A DNA stretch of 40,703 nt, taken from assembly GCA_035640615.1 (NCBI GenBank), contig DASQVU010000188.1, positions 1-40,703 on the forward strand, given 5' to 3'. The notes beneath the pieces were generated by a model. It saw only the letters and a list, made by a program, of their open reading frames with translations. It searched no databases and was not told where the DNA came from. This document shows, piece by piece, positions 33,886 through 40,703 of the stretch. Position 1 is the first letter of the stretch. Each line of letters begins with the position of its first letter. This DNA comes from Pseudonocardiaceae bacterium (GTDB taxonomy: Bacteria; Actinomycetota; Actinomycetes; Mycobacteriales; Pseudonocardiaceae). A program made the position numbers and the translations under genes.

Positions 33886-34131
33886 TCACGGGCGCTTACC
33901 GACGACGGCCGCGCGCAAATCCGCCAGATGCTGATCGATGTCCTGCCTCCCTTGCTCGGAGTTCTCGGGGCCGGGCTGGATACCGAGCGCTCGCAGCAGG
34001 TCAGCTGCCGGTTGGTTGGGGTTCCCCGCGAGGACAGGGTGCAAACCCTTCTCGATCAGATGGTGGAAGACCACGTTGACGACGCTCCACGGATTGAAAC
34101 TCTCGGCTGCGGACAGCTCGAGGTCAGTCAT
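33886..34131 (-). CDS. 81-aa conserved-looking hypothetical protein, paralog 1 (FNPWS.VN.VFHHL.E.GLHPVL family)
   Basis: The ATG at 34131 has GAGG upstream. About half of its residues are identical by eye to the 82-aa ORF at 37157..37405. GC3 is high. The longer track ORF to 34266 adds a Cys/Arg/Trp-rich, implausible extension. Confidence 0.65.
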   Translation of the reverse strand: MTDLELSAAESFNPWSVVNVVFHHLIEKGLHPVLAGNPNQPAADLLRALGIQPGPENSEQGRQDIDQHLADLRAAVVGKRP

Positions 34132-34393
34132 CGAGGCCGCCTCATCATCTCTGTGACACCCCCGCTTCCACCGGCACCGGCACAGTCGCCACGTCGGGCA
34201 CTCGCCGCGGAGTAGGACACGTCGAACACCCGCCGGACGGGCTACCTCCCATGTCATGCATTTCACACCTAGAGGTGAGCGCTGTGCGTCTCAACATGAG
34301 ACATTGACCTAAATGCGCAGTACTCGGGGGTGGAATCGGGGCGGCAAGATCAGCAAGTACCGTGGACGGCATCGCGAGTTAGATTGACATTCT

Positions 34394-35143
34394 GTGGACG
34401 AGGGACCACAAGATTGGAGCACGCCGCTGGTCGAGCGAGTGCTGCACCGGGCAGGCGTCGCTCGGGGCACGCTGTTGCTCGACTTGGGTTGCGGCACCGG
34501 GCGGCTGTGCCGGCTCGCCGCGGACCGTGGCGCGCAGGTCACCGGGATTGACCAGGACGCGAGGCAGATCCAGCAGGCTGTCACGCTGGTGCCCGAGGGA
34601 ACCTTTGACGTCGGCGACATCCTGGCGCTGCCTTATCCGGCCGCCAGATTCGACGCTGTGACGTGCATTCAGTCGATCATGCATGTCACTAATCCGCTGA
34701 CGGCCCTCCGCGAAGCTGCCCGGGTTGCTCGCCCTGCCGCGCCGGTGGTGATCACGGTTTGGGGCAAGGAAGAGAACTGCGATATCCGCGCCTTCGGGCA
34801 GGCCCTGTCCGGACTGCTGCCACGCGCCGTTGGCCGGGGTCCAAACCTGCGTCCCCCACCGCTGTCGGCTGATGGCCGGCTCGAGCGGTTGGCTCGGTTG
34901 GCCGGGCTCGCTGTGACGGAAGTCGGCGAGGTCACATGCCCGTTCTGGTATCCCAACGAACACGCCTTGCTGCGCGGCCTCCTCGAGTCGGGTCTTGGCC
35001 GACGAGCGCTGCGAGTGGCGAGCGCCGCCACCGTGCGCCGTGCCGTGTTAGAAGGGCTTGCCGGCTACCGGACATCAACAGGCGGGTACCGGCTGGACAA
35101 CACCTTTCGCTACCTCGTTGGTAGCACACCGCACACAATTTGA
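34394..35143 (+). CDS. class I SAM-dependent methyltransferase
   Basis: It has motif I LLDLGCGTGRL, GIDQD and a Methyltransf_11/25-like core. The GTG start has no SD. A TAGATT -10-like box 8 nt upstream suggests a leaderless mRNA. Confidence 0.85.
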   Translation: MDEGPQDWSTPLVERVLHRAGVARGTLLLDLGCGTGRLCRLAADRGAQVTGIDQDARQIQQAVTLVPEGTFDVGDILALPYPAARFDAVTCIQSIMHVTNPLTALREAARVARPAAPVVITVWGKEENCDIRAFGQALSGLLPRAVGRGPNLRPPPLSADGRLERLARLAGLAVTEVGEVTCPFWYPNEHALLRGLLESGLGRRALRVASAATVRRAVLEGLAGYRTSTGGYRLDNTFRYLVGSTPHTI

Positions 35144-35272
35144 TGACGGGTGGCACTGCCGATCTTCCTAATTGTCCCATTACGCGACATAGACATAAAA
35201 GCAATCTCAAGTTGAGACAGTGTGAAGTGGACACATTCCCTAGCGTTAGGGCGGTCACAGGACTAGCATGGG

Positions 35273-37156
35273 TTGTCCAGCTCCAAGGAGGCAGCGCCCT
35301 TGGCTGAACTACGCCTACCCCCAGCCAAGAAGGACACCGCAGCCGGCGGCGATCGGGACACGCAGCGCGGTGGCGGGTTGGCGCAGGCCCGAGAACGATT
35401 CCTGACCTCCGAACCGATCCGGCCCGGTGTCGTCAGGGATCCTATTTTGGCCTCGTGGAGCCGGTCCCGAGACTGGAAGGTAGCCACCGACAACCTTGAG
35501 CTGCCCTTTGAGCCCAATCTCGACCGCAAATCGCGTCTTGCGCGTGCCGCCGACGGACCGATCAGTGCCGCATCGGTGCAGTACTCCGGCGAACCGATCA
35601 GCATCATCCTCACCGATGCCGCGGGCGTGGTCCTGGACCGCCGCACCGGTGACTCCCGGTTACAGGAGAAGCTGGACAGGGTATGGCTGGCGCCCGGGTT
35701 CAGCTACGCCGAACAGTTCGCCGGCACCAACGGGATCGGCACCACCTTGGAAGGCCGTGGACCCGCGCACGTTTTCGGGCACGAGCATTACGTCGAACAC
35801 CTGGAAGACCTGGCCTGTGCGGGTGCCCCGATCCGCCATCCGACCACCGGGAAGCTACTGGGCATACTCGATCTGACCTGCTGGCGAGCCGACGCCAATC
35901 CGGCGATGATCGCAGCGGCGTCGAGCATCGCTGCCCAGATCGAAGAGGCACTGCTGGAGCAGGTCGGCCGCCGCGAGCTTGCGCTGCTGCACGACTACTT
36001 GCTGGCCTGCCGCCGTAACCGCGGCTGCGTACTGGCCATCGGCACCGATCTCGTGATGATGAACGACAGCGCCCGGGAGCTGATCGACCCGCAGGATCAG
36101 GTGGCGTTGCTGGGGCAGGCCGCCGAGGCGCTGACCGGCGGCAAGGCCCGCGTGTTCACCACCTCGCTGCCCAGCGGTACGAACGTGCGGGTGAGCTGCA
36201 AGCCGAGCTGGAGCGAGTCAACGGCGATTGGCGGCGTCGTGCAGGTGCAGTTGCTGACCACCGAGCCGGCAACCCGCCCAGTGGAGCGTGGATCAGCGGC
36301 GATGCCGGGCGTGGTTGGCTCGAGCATGCCGTGGATGCGCTGCGCCAAGATGGTCGAGGCCCATCTGCGGGCCGGTGAGTGGGTGGATCTCGAGGGCGAG
36401 GCCGGGGTCGGCAAACTGACGTTGGCGGCTGGCGCGCACCGGGCTGGCAAACCGGGTGCACATCTGCGGGTGCTGGACGCCGACGACTGCACCGAGGCCG
36501 ACAAGTGGCTCGGTGTGGTAACCGACGAGCTGACCCTCGGGTCCGGCACGCTGATCTTGCGGCACGTTGACCGGCTGCCCGCCGACGTCCTCGGCGCACT
36601 GGCCGAGCTGCTGGCCGAGGCGCGGCTCAGCGCCGACCGTCCGCGCACTTGGGTGGTGGCGACTCGCCGGAGCGGCGCGCCGCGCAGCGAGGAGCTGGAC
36701 AACCTGATCGCATGCTTCCCGTCCTCGGTGCAGGTGCCGCCGTTGCGCCACCACATCGAAGACCTTCCCGAGCTAGTGCGTCTGCTGATTGCCCGGCTGA
36801 CTCGGGGCGCCGACCTGACCTGCTCGGCCGAGGCGATGCGGCTGCTCATGCGCAACCGGTGGCCGGGCAACGTTGGACAGTTGCGCGAGGTGCTGTGCAA
36901 GATCGTGGCACACCGACGGACCGGGGTGATCGAGCTGGCGGATCTGCCGGCCGATGCGCTGTCCACCGCCCGGCGCGTGCTCAGCCCTCTGGAGTCCATC
37001 GAGCGCGACGCTATCGTCGAAGCGCTGATCAACAGTGCTGGTAACCGCGTCGAGGCAGCCCGCCATCTGGGCATGTCACGAGCCACGATCTACCGCAAGA
37101 TCCGCTACTACGGCATCAAGGTGCCGCAACGGAACACGCCCTCAAAACGGGATTGA
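35273..37156 (+). CDS. mimR: MimR/AcoR-like transcriptional activator (N-terminal GAF-type sensor, degenerate AAA+ sigma-54-interaction-like domain, C-terminal Fis-type HTH)
   Basis: It has ILASWSRSR, GAF-like features (NGIGT, GAPIRHP.TG.LLG.LDL), Walker A GEAGVGK, RWPGNVGQLRE and the HTH AARHLGMSRATIYRKI. It is divergent from the monooxygenase operon. Confidence 0.85.
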   Translation: MSSSKEAAPLAELRLPPAKKDTAAGGDRDTQRGGGLAQARERFLTSEPIRPGVVRDPILASWSRSRDWKVATDNLELPFEPNLDRKSRLARAADGPISAASVQYSGEPISIILTDAAGVVLDRRTGDSRLQEKLDRVWLAPGFSYAEQFAGTNGIGTTLEGRGPAHVFGHEHYVEHLEDLACAGAPIRHPTTGKLLGILDLTCWRADANPAMIAAASSIAAQIEEALLEQVGRRELALLHDYLLACRRNRGCVLAIGTDLVMMNDSARELIDPQDQVALLGQAAEALTGGKARVFTTSLPSGTNVRVSCKPSWSESTAIGGVVQVQLLTTEPATRPVERGSAAMPGVVGSSMPWMRCAKMVEAHLRAGEWVDLEGEAGVGKLTLAAGAHRAGKPGAHLRVLDADDCTEADKWLGVVTDELTLGSGTLILRHVDRLPADVLGALAELLAEARLSADRPRTWVVATRRSGAPRSEELDNLIACFPSSVQVPPLRHHIEDLPELVRLLIARLTRGADLTCSAEAMRLLMRNRWPGNVGQLREVLCKIVAHRRTGVIELADLPADALSTARRVLSPLESIERDAIVEALINSAGNRVEAARHLGMSRATIYRKIRYYGIKVPQRNTPSKRD

Positions 37157-37405
37157 TCAGCCGTCCCCGAGCATGGCAGCTCGGATGTCGGCCAGATGCT
37201 GGCGTACGTCCCGGGATGCCTGCCGGTTTCCTTCGGCGGCCGGCTGGATGCCGAGCGCGCGCAACAGCTGTGCTGCCGGTTCACCAGGGTCGCCAGTCAC
37301 CCCCAAGACAGGATGCAAACCCTGCTCGGCCAGGTGATGGAACACCAGGTTGACGATGCTCCACGGATTGAAGGTTTCGACGTGAGATGAACTGTCTTGG
37401 CTCAT
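37157..37405 (-). CDS. 82-aa hypothetical protein, paralog 2 of the 33886..34131 product
   Basis: The ATG is preceded by GGAGG. The product is MSQDSSSHVETFNPWSIVNLVFHHLAEQGLHPVLG..AAQLLRALGIQP..RQHLADIRAA. Its stop abuts the mimR stop (TGATCA at 37154-37159). Confidence 0.7.
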   Translation of the reverse strand: MSQDSSSHVETFNPWSIVNLVFHHLAEQGLHPVLGVTGDPGEPAAQLLRALGIQPAAEGNRQASRDVRQHLADIRAAMLGDG

Positions 37406-37682
37406 CGGGCACCTCCGCCGGGATTGGCCGGAGCGCCCACGCTACTCGGCCAAGCTCGCCGACGCTCGCGTCCGTCTCAATACTGCTACCGCAACCGGTG
37501 GTGCGGGCATCAGCACCGGCCTGGCGCGCGAGCGTGGTGAGGTCCTCGTCTCCCGCAGTCGGAGGAATCCTGCGACGAGCGACAAGCGGCGATACACGAA
37601 GGCTTTCCGCACTTCAGAGGGTTGGTCCCACCGCTGCCCTGCTATCAGCGCAACCCCGGGACCATCCCCGAGCTAGGAAGGG

Positions 37683-37725
37683 TGGGGCGGGTGGGATTCG
37701 AACCCACGACCTGACGGATTATGAG
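37683..37725 (-). other. tRNA-Met (CAT) 3' half only (anticodon loop through acceptor 3' strand); att-like scar of an integrative element
   Basis: The minus strand reads CTCATAATCCGTCAGGTCGTGGGTTCGAATCCCACCCGCCCCA, giving an anticodon loop, variable region, a perfect T-arm GTGGG-TTCGAAT-CCCAC and an acceptor strand. No complementary 5' acceptor, D-arm or 5' anticodon stem lies upstream. Confidence 0.7.
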
Positions 37726-38052
37726 GCAGCCACAGCCAGAGTCACAGGGCGACTACCTGCGCAAATACGTACCACAAGTCGTCGCTGGTGGGCATGAGAT
37801 GCCCTGTTAGACCCCCAGTTCATGCCCAAGTTCATGCCCACCGAGTCCATAGTGGACGCAGCACCAACGTAGGGCTGAGAGGCAGGCAGCGTACTCATCT
37901 TGGCGATGGCGCCGACCCGCCCAACGAACGGGTTCTAGCGAAGCCGTCCACACTCCATGGAGTTTTGGTTGCAGCACATGGCTAAGCCGAGATCGACGTA
38001 GAGTCCTTACAGCTACAGTGAGCACACTGGCACCGGGCAGGGATGGTCGCAC

Positions 38053-38293
38053 GTGAGCGCGCAAGTACACGACCGCATCACGATCGATCCTGACAAAATG
38101 GACGGCCAGCCCTGCAATCCGGGGCCTTCGCTTCCCCGTCGTCACCGTGCTGCGGATGGTCGCTGGTGGCATGAGTGTTGACGAGATCGTCAGTGGGCAT
38201 CCCGACCTTGAACCCGACGACATTCCTGCGGCGCTGAACTACGCCGCTGAAGCGCTCGCCGAGCACTACTACCCACTGAGGCCGCCTCCGTGA
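38053..38293 (+). pseudogene. DUF433 (antitoxin-like) gene with a 1-nt insertion frameshift
   Basis: Translation gives VSAQVHDRITIDPDKMDGQPC then, after skipping one extra A near 38108, IRGLRFPVVTVLRMVAGGMSVDEIVSGHPDLEPDDIPAALNYA, the DUF433 pattern. The total length of 241 nt is not a multiple of 3. Confidence 0.7.
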
Positions 38294-38577
38294 AGGTTCC
38301 TGATCGATGAGAACCTCTCGCCCCGAATCTGTCCCCTGCTAATCGCCAACGCACATCACGCGGTCCACATTCGCGACCATGGCATGGCCAGTGCCACCGA
38401 CTCGCAGGTGCTCGCCAAGCCAGCCGTCGAACGGGTACCGATGAGTTGGGGCTCCAGTCGAACCGTTGGTCCCGCCCGCCAAGACACGCCCCCCAGGTGG
38501 CGGGATATCTCGATGCGACGATCGGGCGGTATTCATCGCGATCGTGTTTCACCCTGACCAATAGCGGCTGCACCTGA
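38290..38577 (+). pseudogene. DUF5615/Mut7-C-like (PIN-like toxin partner of DUF433) gene, multiply frameshifted
   Basis: Its GTG overlaps the DUF433 stop (GTGA). After an extra G the frame reads FLIDENLSPRI..LL....HHAVHIRDHGMASATDSQVLA, then coherence is lost across at least two frame changes. Confidence 0.55.
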
Positions 38578-38942
38578 CGACATCTCATACCCAGCTATGC
38601 GGACTGGTTGACCACCCCGGTGTGAACACTGCTTGGCTGTGTGTCCGCCTGCCGGTGAGTGTTGTTGTGCGCCGCTGAGCTGCGGCAACCTTTCAGCGTG
38701 TACCAGCGTGTGTGTATTAGTTACGTCACTTTCGCTGACGAACACCATCTAGGTCTGCAGTTGATCCAGCCGCTCTGTGAACCGGCGCAATAGCGGTTAT
38801 GTTCACGTTAGTCCTGTCATCCAGCCCTATGGATGCTTAGTACGGGGCTGGCATTGCTCTTTTGCTGCTTCTAGCAGGATTTTATAGGCCGTCGAATTGG
38901 CCGCCGCGTGCAGATGTATCGATTCACACCTCTACTGTTTTG

Positions 38943-39764
38943 TCACGACGGTGGGCGTCGGCCCCAGGCAGCGATGTTGGCGAACGGCGCGTCGATAACC
39001 GCTGGGTCATCGAGTGCGGCGAGGGCGGCGGTGTATTCGGCCTCGGATAGCAGCCCGCCATCCACCAATCCGGAGCGAAGCTGAGCCATGGAAAACCGGT
39101 AGGCCGCGTCGTCCGGGCTACCGTCGCCGACGTGTTTGACCGATGCGGACATGCCAAGCTCGCTCAGGCCGACCTCGGCCAGCGCGGCTGGCAGCCGGCG
39201 TCGTGCCCAGCGGAAGTCCGCGCCGTGGGAGTCGGCGAGCAGTTGTTCGAAGGCGTCGATGAACCGCCGGATCGCCGGGTGCGGTGAGGAGCTTACCGGG
39301 AAGAGGTCCATCTCCTCGGTGATCAGCCAGCCGCCCGGGGCGAGCCAGCTAACTGCCTTGGTCAGCACCTCCTCCCGCTCGGGCAGGTTCATCAGCAGCC
39401 ACCGGGCGTGGATGAGATCGAACGAGCCGACTGGAAAGTCCTCAGCCACCACGTCATGCTGCAGCACTTGCAGGTTCGGGGCGGACAGTCCGGCGAGGAA
39501 CGTCGTGCCGATGTCAGTGGCGATGATCTGTCCGTCCGGGCAGCGGGAGGCCAGCCAGCGGGCGATCGACCCGCTACCAACGCCTAGCTCCAGGCAGCGC
39601 CACCACGGCTGGATGCCACGCTGTTCCAGTGTGCGGATTGTGTCCGGGTCGAGCATTTGTTCCAGCAGGTGCAGCCGCTGCTGTTCGGTGGGCACTTCAT
39701 GGCCGATTACGCCGCCGGCGTAGCGGTCAGCCGCAGACAGCGGGGCCGGGGAGAGACGGGACAT
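38943..39764 (-). CDS. class I SAM-dependent methyltransferase
   Basis: It has motif I CLELGVGSGSIARWLA, ATDI and LAPGGWLI. The ATG at 39764 is preceded by GGAAGGA. The longest ORF starts with TTG at 39779. Confidence 0.85.
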   Translation of the reverse strand: MSRLSPAPLSAADRYAGGVIGHEVPTEQQRLHLLEQMLDPDTIRTLEQRGIQPWWRCLELGVGSGSIARWLASRCPDGQIIATDIGTTFLAGLSAPNLQVLQHDVVAEDFPVGSFDLIHARWLLMNLPEREEVLTKAVSWLAPGGWLITEEMDLFPVSSSPHPAIRRFIDAFEQLLADSHGADFRWARRRLPAALAEVGLSELGMSASVKHVGDGSPDDAAYRFSMAQLRSGLVDGGLLSEAEYTAALAALDDPAVIDAPFANIAAWGRRPPS

Positions 39765-40118
39765 GGCTGTTCCTTCCAAAAGCGCTGCGCTTTGGGGTCG
39801 CCACAGAATGAGGAGCTGGCAAGCCAGAGGAATACAGCCGGTGGGAACAACCCCTCAAACAGGCGAGCCTCGTCATGATCATCCCCGTGGAGGCCGAGGC
39901 GAGATTACGCCAGAACCGGTCCAGCCGCAGCGACATTCGAACGCGGAATGAGGCACTGTTGCGTTGCGGATGGACCCCTCTGAGCACAACCAGCGGTGAC
40001 GCTAGCGTCCTCCTGACCAAAGCAGCATTACCTCTGCGGGCAATACACCCATCGGCTGGCTGGAATCTCGGCATAGGTCTTGATCCCTAGGGTCGGAGGC
40101 AACATCGAGGAGGCTGGA

Positions 40119-40703
40119 ATGCGTCCGATCGACGAGCAAACCGTGCTGGTCACCGGAGCCACCAGCGGCCTGGGGCGGCACTTGGTTCAGCGGCTGGCAG
40201 CCGCGGGTGCCGCCGTCGTCACACACGGCCGCGACACCCAGCGCCTGCACCGCACCTACCAGGAGATCCGTGCAGCGACCGGCCGCGAGATCGATATTGT
40301 CCAGGCCGATCTCGCCGATCTAGCCCAGGTCCACCGGCTAGCCGACGAGGTGCTGGACCGTTACCCGCAGCTGCATGCACTGGTCAACAACGCCGGGGTT
40401 GGCTTCGGTGCGCCCAGCGCCGGCCGCGAGGTCAGCGCTGATGGCATCGAGCTGCGCTTCGCGGTCAACCACTTGGCGAGCTATCTGTTGGCCCGGCGGC
40501 TGGCCGACCGGCTGGTCGCCTCCGCACCGGCCCGCATCGTGCAGGTCGCTTCCGCTGGTCAGCTGGCACTGGACCCCGACGATCCGTTCACCGAGCACGG
40601 CTACGACGGTGCCACCGCCTACGCCCGTTCCAAGCTCGCCCAGGTGATGGCCAGTTTCGACCTGGCTGCTGATCTGGTGGGTACCGGGGTGTCCGTCAAC
40701 GCC
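40119..40703 (+). CDS. short-chain dehydrogenase/reductase (SDR), 3' end beyond the window
   Basis: My own translation gives MRPIDEQTVLVTGATSGLGRHL (TGxxxGxG), NNAG, and YARSK (YxxxK). The ATG is preceded by GAGGAGG. There is no stop in the window. Confidence 0.85.
   Translation, partial: MRPIDEQTVLVTGATSGLGRHLVQRLAAAGAAVVTHGRDTQRLHRTYQEIRAATGREIDIVQADLADLAQVHRLADEVLDRYPQLHALVNNAGVGFGAPSAGREVSADGIELRFAVNHLASYLLARRLADRLVASAPARIVQVASAGQLALDPDDPFTEHGYDGATAYARSKLAQVMASFDLAADLVGTGVSVNA

Noticed and set aside
35151-35170. TGGCAC, the -24 element of sigma-54 promoters, lies upstream of mimR.
   Set aside because: The -12 TTGC element is missing at the required 5-nt spacing (the sequence reads ATCT). 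Actinobacteria lack sigma-54. It also sits upstream of the regulator gene, not the monooxygenase operon.
37683-37770. A full-length tRNA-Met gene on the minus strand.
   Set aside because: The sequence 5' of the anticodon loop (..CTGGCTGTGGCTGC) cannot form the anticodon stem with TCCGT. No D-arm or 5' acceptor strand complementary to CCGCCCC exists, so only a 3' fragment is present.

Overview
High-GC actinobacterial chromosome, Mycobacteriaceae-like. The left 11 kb is a conserved housekeeping block whose gene order matches, from memory, M. tuberculosis Rv1589-Rv1600: hisC, hisD, nadCBA with a divergent Nudix NrtR-like regulator, and bioB-bsaP plus a membrane protein. The middle (11-23 kb) mixes housekeeping genes (glgX, argS) with accessory or decayed genes: a truncated XRE with an intact DUF397 partner, a P450, a DUF3761 lipoprotein, DUF488 plus a zinc ribbon, methyltransferases, a TetR fragment and DoxX. 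The main feature is a complete mim/prm-type soluble di-iron monooxygenase operon on the minus strand (34.1 to 23.3 kb). It runs mimA-mimB-mimC-mimD, amidohydrolase, DUF59, Zn-ADH and a GroEL-like chaperonin, and here ends in a translationally coupled Nramp (MntH) transporter. A divergent GAF/AAA+/Fis MimR-like activator lies upstream. The points most worth a second look are listed here. (1) Two paralogous 81/82-aa proteins of unknown family bracket the regulator module. (2) An AT-richer islet carries a consensus promoter, a long leader and a strong SD driving a 30-aa Gly/Leu/Ser-rich peptide. (3) A 25-bp-stem palindromic element occurs twice, once inside the hisD-hisC junction. (4) A tRNA-Met 3' half (att-like scar) is followed by decayed toxin-antitoxin-like genes. 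(5) Several single-nucleotide frameshift pseudogenes are confined to accessory loci. No CRISPR array, rRNA gene, intact tRNA gene or transposase was seen. All family calls come from reading motifs by eye; no database search was run.
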